From Vicugna vicugna (lineage: Eukaryota): 64,000 bases of DNA. A program made the position numbers and the translations under genes. Below the pieces are notes generated by a model. That model was not told where the DNA came from and ran no database searches. It saw nothing but the letters and a program-made list of their open reading frames with translations. Of this stretch, positions 38,694-50,235 are shown one piece after another. Numbering within the stretch: the stretch's first letter is position 1; the number at the start of each line of letters is the position of its first letter. The stretch is from assembly GCA_013265495.1 (NCBI GenBank), contig MU058636.1, positions 8,639,425 through 8,703,424 of the forward strand. Reading direction: 5' to 3'.

Positions 38694-38913
38694 AGTAGCA
38701 GTTCTCAGCCAGAAGCAATTTTGTCACCTTGCTGTGAAAGGACATTTGGCAACGACTGGAGACGTCTGAGCCTGTCACAGCTGGGGTGTTAAAGGCACCT
38801 AGTGGGTAGAGACCGGGGAGGTTACCAGACATCGTACTGTGAGCAGGACAGCCTCCTGCAGCAAAGAATGTATCTGGCCCAAATGTCAACAGTGCTAAGT
38901 TAGAGAAACCATG
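38694..38913. mobile_element. MER20 DNA transposon
   Basis: 'ggacatttggcaacgactggagac...tagtgggtagagacc...atctggcccaaatgtcaacagtgctaagttagagaaacc'. Confidence 0.9.
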
Positions 38914-39442
38914 GACTCTCTCAGGCTATTATGGAAAAATGAAATCCATAAGGGATCGTTTTTAAAATATCATGCAGTAGAATCCATTGAAGAGCCAAGT
39001 AAGAAGTTCTGTGTTGTTTAGAGGAGAATCTTGTAAGCACCAAGGCTGAACGACATCCACTTTCTTAAATTTCGTCACTCAGTGCCACATCGTTTCTGAC
39101 TTGGATCATGATTTTTAATACATTTTGGTTATCCCTGGTATTTCTAATTGCTTATTTTAATCTCGTTGAACAAAAGAAATATATGCTTATTATATAACTA
39201 GGATTATGCAGCTTCTCGATAAAAAGTCAGTATTAGACAGAATGCTTTGATGACTGCCGTATAGCTGTCATTCAGGGATTTTTTTTCTCTCTGCCTCCCT
39301 CATATCCCTCCCCAATCTTTCTTAGATTTGATATCTTTGTATCTTAGATTCCTTTTTAATTTTGCTGATATATATCGGCATTTAATTATATCAAGGAAGA
39401 TGTAAGAGAGATAGAAAGGTTTGAATACCTTCATAGTTGATG

Positions 39443-39751
39443 GTTTTTCTTTCTCTTTCTGGCTTATTTCACTTAGAATGACAATCTCCTGGTCCATCCA
39501 TGTTGCTGCAAATGGCATTATTTTATTCTTTCCTTGGCCGAGTAGTGTTCCATTGTATAAATATACCACAGTTTCTTTATCCAGTCATCTGTCGATGGAC
39601 GTTTAGTTTGTTTTCCATGTCTTGGACATTGTAAATAGTGCTGCTATGAACATTGGGGTGCATGTGTTTTTTTTGAATTAGAATGCCCTCTGGATACATG
39701 CCCAGGAGGGGATTCCTGGCTCATATGGTAAGTGTATTTTCAGTTTTTTGA
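39443..39751 (-). mobile_element. Lineage L1 ORF2 3' fragment
   Basis: ORF 39300-39569(-) contains KIMPFAATWMDQEIVILSEISQKEKEK, homologous to the L1 at 6.8-7.5 kb. Confidence 0.92.
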
Positions 39752-39959
39752 TCTTCCTCTTTCTCTTAATCAGAAAGAAATGATTTCCCTCAAAACCCCC
39801 TTTAGCCAACTGCCCCTTTCATATCATTGGCCATAACTGACAAACACCGGTGCTCAAGCACTGCTCAGCCCGGCAGTATATGGCTTTTCCCCTGTAGATG
39901 CAGAGCATCAGGCTTCTCTTACGATGTTGCCTTCCACTAGGCATATGAACACGCTCAGA

Positions 39960-40450
39960 TTCTTCTAAGTAAAACAGAGAAGACTATCCCGGGACCAAGT
40001 GACAATATCTGCCACAAAGTGTTTTGGAATTTCATCACTAACATCGTGTAGGGCTGTTCTTCATTATTCTTCTTTGGTATGCAATGGGTCCTCTCAATCA
40101 AAGGAGTCGTATTTTCATTACCCTTGGGAAATTTTTTCCCTACAATTATGCTCCCCATAATTCCTTTCTCCTCTTTTGCAGGAACAACTAATAGGGAGAT
40201 GCTAGCCCTCTTGGACTGATTCTCTTTGGCTTTTATTTTTCTCTCAAATTGTTTTTATGTCTCTTTTGTGAACCATGTTCTGAAAAAGTTCTTCTAACCT
40301 TTCTTTCTTATTTTCTGATGATATTGAAGTATCATCACCAGATGAGTTTCAATTCCACAAAGTCTCATGGCTCCTTTTTTCAATGAAAAATCATAAATCT
40401 GTCAGAAAAGTGCTATTTAAGTTTTTTGAAGCTTTATTTTCTTAGAAATT
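39960..40450 (-). mobile_element. Ancient L1/HAL1 ORF1 remnant
   Basis: Peptide IERTHCIPKKNNEEQP...LVMKFQN resembles the L1 ORF1 IERAHR...ILVKFQN region. Confidence 0.6.
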
Positions 40451-40769
40451 GTCTGTATTTGCACATGTCTCGGTTGACTACGTCTGGGTCTACTCTCTCA
40501 CGCTGAGGGTTTTTTTCCCATCTTTGGTGACCTTGGACCATTGATTCCATGGATAGTTTCTCTCCTCTCACCTTCCCACCCCTCCCCTCAAGGATTCCTG
40601 GCCTTTGACGTGAATGAGAACCACCCAACAGACAGTGTCCCCATTTCACCATCAATGCCGTAATGGGGAGGGTCCTGTTCTGGGACACCAAGCCCCATTC
40701 TGAAAGCTTTATTCACTTTCAAAAAATTTATTTGGCTTTTTTTTGAAGATATTCTTCACATTTAAAGCA

Positions 40770-40835
40770 AAAATATATAAATACATATACAGATTTTTAT
40801 ATATATTCATACATATATATATATGTATATGTATA

Positions 40836-40872
<37 letters not shown>
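40770..40872. repeat. (TA)n-(CA)n microsatellite
   Basis: Direct inspection. Confidence 0.9.
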
Positions 40873-40874
<2 letters not shown>

Positions 40875-41526
40875 TATGTTCTTTGCTTTGGGGATGGTTT
40901 AAAGGAAGTGACAGGCTGCAGTTCATTCATTCACTTACATTTCTGCCCTTCTTTCCACCTTCAGTCTTCTTACCTGTTGAATCTCAGGGCAATCTGTGGA
41001 AAATGACTCCAATCTCCACTCAAGACTTCTCTGTACATTATGGCTCTGACTTTCTCTGCTACCATCATCCAGAAATCATACCACAGTAGCCTTCTGTCTT
41101 CCTGAAATTCATCACAATCTTTGGTTCATTCATGACCTCTTCCTCCATTCATATTTTTTAAAAACAATAGCACATAATCCATAGTCATGTACTTTCTAGT
41201 TAACAATTCAATGATTATTGGGGAGACACAGAAAATAAAAACTGGTATTTTTCTGCCATGGTGAAAAAGAAATCAAATTTTATTTTATTGGCTGCATACT
41301 TTATCCATGCTGAGAGAACAAATTTTGAATACATGGGTTACACGACTCCTGCGTAACCACGGAAGACCGTGTGTAACTGACTCCACAGTTCTGTTCTGTG
41401 CTCACATATCAAGCCCACGTTCCTCTAACCCTCATAACGTCGTCCTCACTGCGTTCTGTAATGTGCTTACATTGCTTACACCAAAATGGCACCTTTTAGC
41501 ACAGTGACTGGCACATAGTATAAGCT

Positions 41527-41994
41527 TGAGACAGGCTGGGACCTGGGACCTGGGGCCCTTTGCTGGAGTGCTTGCACCTGGACAAACATCTCCAACAGGA
41601 TATAAAGAAACTTTAGAAGGGACTAAAAGTATCTGCACACATGCTCAGTTGGGACAATTATGAAAAATAAGACAAAAACAGGCCACAAATCAACTGCTGT
41701 TTCTGAGATGCTGGGAGCAAAAGCGGGGACTGTGCATGATCCCCGCACACAGCACCACCAAGGGGGCGGGCCGACCACCTAGGCCAGCCCTCTGTTCGAC
41801 CCACTGATCTGTCCCTATCCTCATCCCTTTTAAGGGACCAGCCTGCCCTCCTGAGAGAGCGAGTGAGGGCACCTGTTACTTGTTCTTGCTCCCTCCTGCT
41901 GCAGCTCGAGTCCCAGCAAAGCCTTGCCTCAATTTCTCATCTGGCCTCATCAATTTCTATTGATTAAGGAGTCCAAGGACCAGAGTTGGTAACA
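41527..41994 (+). mobile_element. ERV1-class solo LTR (468 bp) with perfect AGCT TSD
   Basis: tgagac...ggtaaca termini; AGCT at 41523-41526 and 41995-41998; inserted in a MIR-like tail. Confidence 0.92.
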
Positions 41995-42369
41995 AGCTTA
42001 AGGCATATTATCTATCATAATGGATTAATAATGCTCACCAATCCCAAAATATTCCAGGAGAAAGGCTAGGACTGATGGTTGCTCAGACGCAAAACAATTC
42101 ATGAAATATTATATAAATATTTTCAAAAATGTATCTGTGTGCCCTGTAACTGTCAATTGCTATTGTTATTGGTTCTCCTTTGGTTTTCTAATTGTTTGTG
42201 CACATTGCCATGCGTCTTCACTAAGTAGCTTCTCTTTGTCTTTAACCTAATGCAAATTATTTGTCCCCTATTTTGGCGAAAAGTCCCAAACATTTTCTTC
42301 TTTGAGATTTCCCTTGCCCACTGTCTTAAATTCCCAGTATTTCCAGGAAAATGGAGGTGGTTCACAGCA

Positions 42370-42575
42370 ATATTTGTAGGGCTCAGTAGTCAGATGACCT
42401 TTTGTCTGCTCTGCCACTTACTACATATGTGAATCTGGGCAATTACTAAGCCTCTCCCAGCTTCAGTTCCCTTTTTCGGCAAAGTATGGATACCAACAGC
42501 ACACGGTGGTGCACCATCTACGGCAGTGAGAACCAAATGAGCTATTAGATGCCGTTTCTGCCATATAGTTAGTGC
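42370..42575 (+). mobile_element. MIR SINE
   Basis: 'gctctgccacttactacatatgtgaatctgggcaattactaagcctctcccagcttcagtt'. Confidence 0.75.
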
Positions 42576-42974
42576 TGAAGAAAGTCAGACAATTACAGAG
42601 CAAGTGTCAAGGCAATCTACAAAGAGAAAATCGCAGTCATATTACCTTTAGCACCAAAGAGAAAAAAAAAAGATAAGAGGCCATCTTTCACGTACTATGC
42701 AACAATAGCATTTGCAGACTTGACTGTTTTTGTGTCTTTGCAATCCCTCTCTCCAGACTGGAAGCATTCAGTAGAGTTTGACTTTTGTAACCGCCCTGGT
42801 CTACTTTCCCTGTTAGTGCCAGATTTGCTCTTAAGCATCACTTTCATCAGGGCTCTTTATCCTTTATCCATCAAGCTCAAGCACTTAAGCCTGGCTTTGA
42901 CTGCTCCGCATGCCATGGATTCAACTCCACCTGCAGTTTTGTTTGCCAAACCTTTCATGCATTTCTGCAGGTCT

Positions 42975-43175
42975 CCAAGCCTTCAGTTGTGCACCATATG
43001 TGTATTGAGCCCCTCCTGCACACCTGTTGTAGTGTGAGGTGTTAAGGATTCATAAGTTCATAAGACATGCGTCGATGAACTAGCAGTCAAGTGTAGGAAA
43101 ATAGATACGGAGACAGATTATCCCATCCAGGGTGATAAAGGCTCTAATGAAGTTATGAATGAGGTGCAGCAAGAA
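42975..43175 (-). mobile_element. L2 3' fragment
   Basis: 'tgtattgagcccctcctg...tagcagtcaagtgtaggaaaataga...gtgataaaggctcta'. Confidence 0.55.
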
Positions 43176-43344
43176 GGGATGATCCTTTCCTGGCCACTGC
43201 TCTTATATGAATAAGGACACGTCACTGAGGCCTTTAGCAGTGTTTTACTATTTCAATGTCTTCACGGTCCTTAAAATGCCAGCCCGTGGAAAGGTTTTGT
43301 TTCAGAAACGAATCTGCCCTGATGGTTAGTTTAGAGGAAAAGTG

Positions 43345-43510
43345 CGGCGGGCGGTGTGACGCCCGTGCAAACGCTGAACAGGTGAGTTCCCAAACGTGAT
43401 TAACTTACCGTGTGGCACAGAGGAAATCATTTCACTACTCTGGGACTCCGCTGTCTCATCCGCAAAATAAGGACTTGGGCCAAGTCATCTGTAATGACCA
43501 TTTCTGGATT
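43345..43510 (+). mobile_element. MIR3/MIRc-like SINE, unusually CpG-rich
   Basis: 'aatcatttcactactctgggactccgctgtctcatccgcaaaataagg...gtcatctgtaatgacc'. Confidence 0.55.
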
Positions 43511-44640
43511 AGCAACTTGTGGTTGCGTATTTGGCCCCTGTGGCCACTGCCCTTCCAGCTGCCTACGTAAGAATATTTATTGCCAGTTCCAAACAGGTGG
43601 ACTTGGGATCTGGGGTCCTCAGACAGGGGTAGTTTTGAAATACACTTGCACCGGGCTTCCTAACTGCATGTATAAGGGAATCGGCCAGGAATGGTAGGAA
43701 TTGCAAAGTGTCACGTGCCCCCTTCCTTTCTCAGGATTGGATGCAGGAGGCAGCAGTGTGGAGCACAAGGGAATGGAGCAGACTGTGGGATGCTCGCCTC
43801 CTCTTGGCCTTTCCAGATGAAGCAGCAGCACTGTTTGCTGGGAAACTTTAAAGGAGGATGCTCATTGGAATTGGAATGAGCTGCGGGTGTTCTAAGGCAG
43901 AAGCTTTAAAGCTGTTGGCTATTCCACACCTGGCCGAGTCTGGCTTCCTTCTCCATTTTGCTTCCTTAAATCCTCTTAAAGTTTCTAATATTTTGTATAT
44001 TTTACCCACAGATGGTACTTTCCAAAAATAACTTGCATTTCCCTATGAACGTTTTAAAGTCTTTTTTTAAGATTAGAGAATGGTCTGAGCTCGGTAACTT
44101 TACTGTGGTCTTTGTATTAAATGTCTATATATGTACTAAAATAATAAAATGCACTAATTTGAAATGGACTTGAGCCCATTCTCAAAATGTGTGCTAACCC
44201 CACCAAAAATTCGTATTAATCCTGTCCTGAGCTGTGACAGAAAGACCATGGCTAGTCTAGCTGGCTAGAGAAAAACCTCTTGGGTGCAAAACATGTTTAG
44301 ATCTTATGAGAGCTAAGGTTGAGGTTTAACAGAGAAAGTGAATAAATCCTCAGGCAGGACCTGGGGAGGGAGCAGGACCAAGCCACACCTGGGACACAGG
44401 AGAGCATGGAGAAGAGGCAACATGGGTTGCCAACATGACAGTAGGGGTCTGGGGTAGATGTCTGTAACTGGAATATGAATCCAGGGGGAAAAAAAAGATG
44501 AATGGAACGCAGACCCAGCAGTCCAAATGGGCAAGCGGGTCTGGTTGTTAAGGCTGAATGCTGGATGCCGGCTCTTCCCCAAAGTCACGTTCGTTTACTC
44601 CCTCTGGCTGTCTGACTCCACCTAAAAAGCCAGGACTTAC

Positions 44641-45260
44641 CAGTCATGTTCCAAAGTACCGTGATGAGGGCTGGATGCTAGGAGAGTAACTCCCACCCGG
44701 AGAGAACACTTTCTGGAGTCTGAGTCGGTGCAAGTGTCACCGTGGGCGACGGCAGGGCCGCCCCTGACCTCGGTTCTTGTTGTCGGTGCAACAAAGAACT
44801 GAGGAGCCGCACCGGCAGCAGAGTACCGGCAGGGTGTATAGGGAAGAACACACTTCGAGAGAGAAGCGGGCCAAGCCACGGGAGGCAATGGCCCCGACAG
44901 CGGAGGGTTTTAGCTTCTTACGCTTCCGTTTTGCCTGGGGAACCACAACACTTTTGATCGATAGTTGAGAACTCTGTGATGGGTGCCCGAATTGCGCGTT
45001 TTCCCCAGAAGTCGCTTTGTTATGATGAGACTAGTATGTGGGCAGAAGATGGAGCAGGAGACAGCGAGTGTTCCAGGGCGGTCGGGTCATCTGAGGACAC
45101 GGCGCCCCAGGCTTTGCGCATGCTCGCCCAGGGCGATTTCCCGCTGTGGGTCTCAGTCTCTTTTCTGTGGTTGGTGGTTCGTTAGGCGTTACCCGTAAGG
45201 GGTGGAGCAGAGTCTCTTTTGGGTCCTCCCAGGATACCATCCTCCTGGGTCTCACCGCTC
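44641..45260. promoter_or_regulatory. Orphan CpG-island-like segment, candidate promoter
   Basis: About 37 CpGs in ~620 bp by hand count; RFX-like, ETS and NRF1-like motifs; minus-strand CTG|GTAAGT donor at its left edge. Confidence 0.6.
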
Positions 45261-45419
45261 ATGTCTAACTAACTGCCTAACAGAAAGATGTGATGGATGA
45301 CGTAATTTTCCTAAGAATAAATTTAAATCCCGGTGGGAAAAAAATGGCTATAGAGATTATACAGGTGCCAGAGAACAATATCTGTAAGAGACAGAAATAC
45401 AGGAAAGTAGGTAAAGAAG

Positions 45420-45481
45420 AAAACAAACAAACAAACAAACAAACAAAAAAAACCAAGGAAATATCAATGGACAAATAAATA

Positions 45482-45512
<31 letters not shown>

Positions 45513-45513
45513 A
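45420..45513. repeat. (AAAC)n and (AAAT)n tetranucleotide repeats
   Basis: Direct inspection. Confidence 0.9.
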
Positions 45514-45884
45514 AGTCGTAATAGAAAGACTATCAGAGAAACAACAAGACTAGAAACAGGGGTAGACATGTCAAAGGCGAGTTCTTTCCTTCTATGTCTT
45601 TTATATTCTAAATAATGTGAGGGACAGTGGGTTTGTATTTGGGGCAAGAGGTCAAAAGAGCCCTGCCCATGTGGTAGCTCTTAATGATAACTAGAACAGA
45701 ATGGTCAGACTAGGATAGGATTTTAAAATGTTAGCGACTCTCTCGCCTGTACTTTTGTCAAAAATTTTTGATTTTACAAGTAATGTATCTACATAAAATG
45801 CTATGAATATGAATCTATTTAATAATTTTAGAAGATATGTATTATAATATTTAAAATTGTATCTGTAACAGATATATAATGTTT

Positions 45885-46110
45885 GTGTTTTGTTTCTCAC
45901 CAGCAGCCTGATCCACCCCTCAATGCAATCCACGTAGTTCCAGAGGCCAGATATAGGACTCTGTCTCCACCATTGATTTAGGGCAGTCCATGTGACTCAA
46001 GAGTATTCTATTCCCCTGGCCACAATAGTTGACCCATGGATGCTATATGATTTAATTCAGACCAATCAGGATGTTACTCTAGAGTTTCCATACCAACACT
46101 GGAATGGAAA
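45885..46110 (+). mobile_element. LTR16/LTR33-like ERVL LTR fragment
   Basis: 'attcccctggccacaatagttgacccatggatg...cagaccaatcagga'. Confidence 0.5.
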
Positions 46111-47640
46111 GTCTACAACCCACCGCCTGATACCCTCAGATAGAGTTGAACACGCATCGTTGCTTAGCCGTAATGATACAGCCCTAGGGGCGTATTCCAA
46201 CCCCAGGGTATAAAGCTTTGTGTAAATACCCAGTGTGGAAGGGAGAGGAATGAAGAGTAGTTGAATAGAAGCTAAAACACATTTAAGTCTCCAGATCCTA
46301 ATGTTTCTTAAAATCAACATCACGCCCATCCTTTGGACTTTAACTAATAGTTAAAATTATCTGCCTTCATTTTTCACTAAAATTAGTTTGAATCATATTG
46401 TACGTGTACATGAAAAAAATTGTGAAAGCATGGTACCTTGAAGGTAAGTCATTGCTTCTGAAAAGATTGCATTTTTTGATTTATACCAGAGTCAATCTGT
46501 ACCAGAACTAAACAATTACAGTAAATACAATACAGTGTCTTTATGACAATGACATAATTCTACTGGAAAAAACATCTAATTTGGTGCCTTTTATAGGATG
46601 GAAATAGAAGTAGGCAGGCAAACGAACAAATAAACACAAAAAATAAGCGCTAATCTTTCTTACTCATAAAGTCAATTTGCTTACCTCTCAAGAAAACATT
46701 CAGCACCGAAGTTCTTGCTCTATTAAACCTATTAATTATCTTGTGGTGTGCCCCTGCAATTTGCAAATCAGCAAAAACGTGGAAGATGTCGAACCATTAA
46801 TTTGTAATTACTCTTAAAATAGTAGTTTCCTTTGCTGTAGATAATACATCTAGGCTTTTCTCCATTGTCTAAGATAAAGATTCCTTTATAACAAGTTCTA
46901 AACAGTTTTCTGAAGGTTAAGGTCAATGATATTTTTGTGAAGTCACTTGTCAGAACTCATTTAATGAAATATTTTTCAGCATTTTTGCAAGCTAGCCTGG
47001 TCTTCTGGGATCTTTAATCCCTGGCTGAAAAAAAAAAAGTAATGAACATCCTTGACATTCATGTTCCCATTAGATAATGACATATTTTCATCTTGCATTT
47101 TACTCATGGACAATCAAAGGAGTTGTATATTTATCAAAAAACTTAATGAGTGTGTAAATTCCTTCTACATCTTCAGCATCTGCTAATTGCCAGCCCTTCT
47201 TTAGAGTTCTTGAAGTTGACACCAGGGAAATATTGGAGAAGAACGGGGAGATGCAGTGCACTTGTTGACTTGTGATAGCTCCGTGGTTGCTTGGTCCTCA
47301 CCAGGCATGCCCAGGCCCCGGCCTCGGGCTGCTGTGCACATACAGGTGCTTAAAGATGCTTACTAGCCTGCATGGTCATGAATCTGGCACAGTCTTAACT
47401 GATGTTCTTCCTTCTGTCTTTGCCCTTCTGCTTTCTCTGGCCAGCCTATTTAAGGAAGCCCTGAAAAGAAGTGATATTTCTGCACAAAATATCCATATTT
47501 AAAATTATACAGTATTTGTTCATTTGATTAGTATGACGTGTAAAGTCACGAGAGTAGGCAACTTCCTTGGTTTGTTCATTGCTGTAGCTATGGGAAGCTA
47601 TCTTGGGGAGTGACATAGAAAGCTTTTGATAAGTACTTTC

Positions 47641-47730
47641 TTTTTTAAAATTTTTAAATGTATTTTTATTGAAGTATAGTCAGTTTACAATGTTGTGTCA
47701 ATTTCTGGTGTGCAGAACAATACTTCAGTC
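47641..47730 (-). mobile_element. Short lineage L1 3' end
   Basis: 'tttttattgaagtatagtcagtttacaatgttgtgtcaatttctggtgtgcag'. Confidence 0.88.
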
Positions 47731-47739
47731 ACCTTAACA

Positions 47740-49160
47740 AATGAAAAAAAAAGAATTGATAGATATAGTTTGAAGGAAAGGAAGGAATTGATGCAAGAAA
47801 CATCAAGATGGGAAATTTTGTAACACTGGGAACTTCGTTGTATAGAGAAGGTGAGATAAAGTTCAAGCTATCTACAAAAAAATCACTAGATATTTGGGAT
47901 AATGAGATCATCAATTTCTGAGATAGAATGCAGATATAGAGGAGAAAGTGGGAGAAAGGAGAGGAAAAAGTGCTTATTTTGGGAGCCTGCCTACCTGTCT
48001 TCCTGGGGAAATCCATTAGCTAGGTTGAAAGGCATCTTTGAAGCCCAGGGAGACATGACTAGAAAAGTAGATTGAAATATTATTATCATAGTACTCATAG
48101 CTTAAATGTTTTCATGTATTATTTCTTCTGCCTGGAATAATCACCTTTTCTTCATACGTTCTGACAAATGTTCTATTTGTTCTTCATGGTCCAGATCAAT
48201 GGCATTCTCGTTTGGGAAGTCTAACTGACAGAAGAATATTTGTTTTCCTTCGTACCATCATTATATTATTCCTTGAACACAGTGATACATGTATGGCAAA
48301 GCAATACAAACAGTAAATCATATTCTTGTCTGCTCTAATCCTCATGTCCATACATACTTAGCAAAATCATGATGGCAAGAGAGATATTTATCATTGAATA
48401 ATAGTAATAAAACTTTAATTATAGTAATGAGCGTTTTATAGACGAATGAGTGAAAGCAGTAAGTGGAATCAATAAGCAAGAGGTTGAAGAGATGCTGATA
48501 TTGGAGCATGGGGGAACACTATATTCAAATGGATAAAGAAATGGAATTTATGATGGATGAAGAGAGAACAGTAAGGAATATTGAGATGGAGCAAAGGGGT
48601 AGGACATGAAGCAAGAAAGTGAAGTGACTTCCTACTTCTTAGGGAGGGAGCCTTCAAGAACAAGGTCACGCAGAAAGGTCAAGTAGTACGTTGCCAGAGC
48701 AAGGCCCTTGGGTTCTAGTGACTCAGGGCACTAGGGACCTACAAGACAACTATTTAGTGGAATAAAGGCGATAGAATCAAGGCTGAAGGGCGAGTGAGAG
48801 AAATGCAATAATGAGCAGAGGATGAAGTCCAGTCTTCTCCCAGGGTATGAGCGCCTGATGAAAAGAGCTGTAATAATTCAAACAGCTGCAGGATCCTCAA
48901 AGATGTTATCTTCTCAGTTTACTCTCAATACAGAGGAGAACTGAGATACGATGTTGTTTAAAAGAAGGTGCCCAATGTAAAAGCAGAAGCCAAAACTGCA
49001 AGAGAAGAGACACTTGATGGAACAGTTATCTCAGAGTGTGTGGGAGAGGAGAGGAACAGGAACGAAGGTGAGGGGGGTAGAATGCCATTGGCTTTGGGAA
49101 AAAGGGAAGGCTGATTCTTTGAAATGGGTGGAAAGAGGAAATAGTGACAGTAGAGGGATT
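47740..49160. mobile_element. Series of degraded L2 fragments, mostly minus strand
   Basis: Purine-rich L2 motifs such as 'ggggaacactatattcaaatggataaag' and 'gcagaaaggtcaagtag'. Confidence 0.5.
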
Positions 49161-50065
49161 TTTATTTTCCTATTGGAAGGAAAAATTGAGGACATTGCAT
49201 TAAAAGAAGGATTTGCAAAATCAGTGTTATTAGGTAGATACAATGGCAATTGTTTTATTTGTGTCAAAAAAAGATTGCCAGTTAGATGTGAATAGAAATG
49301 TACAAATACTAATAGTTTTCCTATGATGTAACTAAAATACAGAAAAAATTTTAACGACATTTACAGAATCTTTCAGAAGCCCAGAACACCCCTTTTGAGC
49401 TTTTGATTATCTTAGTATTTTAATATTATAATTACAGCATGTCAGTTACTCTATTTAAAGTGTAATTATCAAAACTCAGAGGAAACTGATTCTTGTGCAT
49501 CCATAATTTTACACATTATAATTTTAGAGCTTGAGCTATTTTTATGTTATCATTTTAGTCACAGAAACATAGTTAGAAGTCTAAGGACTTGTATTTTTCA
49601 ATAGGCTTTTAAAGATAATCTTTGCTTTTAAAGTGGCCTTGTCACTGAATACACGTTTATCTGAGATAGATCAAATTGCTTCTGGTGGAATAAAATGGTT
49701 AATGTAGTTTTCATAAACGTATCACAACAAAACTATATCCTCCAAAAAACATGTCTTATAAAACTCTTTGATGGAGGCCACTTGACCCTATAGGAATGAG
49801 GAGGGCATTTTACATTATATTGACTGATGATGATTTACTGATTTCATTTGAGTATTTACTGAAATGTCATCTCAAAGTGGCCTTCCTCAACTACTCTATT
49901 TAAAATTATTCCTCCACAAAAATGTAAGCTCCCTGATATCTGGGGCTTTGCTTTGTTCACCGGTGTATCTCAAGGGCCCAGAAAGAAATCTTTCTTGCTG
50001 AATCAACAACTGTGTTTAGATGATGTATCTACTTAACGACTATGATGTTATCCTTGAATAAAACA

Positions 50066-50235
50066 ATAGTGGTTCCCAAACTGGCTGATAGCAGAATCAA
50101 CTGGAGAAACTTTTAAATACTGAGATTTCCAGTCCCCACCTCCCACAGACACTACTTTGGTGGGTTTAAAGTGGAATTTAAGATTTAAAAAATAATACTC
50201 TAGGTGTTTCACACAATCAGTTGGAATGGGAATGA
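50066..50235. mobile_element. MER5A-like DNA transposon
   Basis: 'tagtggttcccaaactggctgatagcagaatcaactggagaaacttttaaatactgag'. Confidence 0.75.

Noticed and set aside
40709..41089. His/Thr- and Val/Cys-repeat ORFs
   Set aside because: Translations of the (CA)n microsatellite
41755..41770. CTCF-like CCACCAAGGGGGCG in the LTR
   Set aside because: One-base register mismatch to the core consensus; cannot be supported without PWM or ChIP data
44637..45255. Cluster of overlapping 60-80 aa ORFs on both strands
   Set aside because: Expected from stop-codon scarcity in GC-rich DNA; no homology recognised
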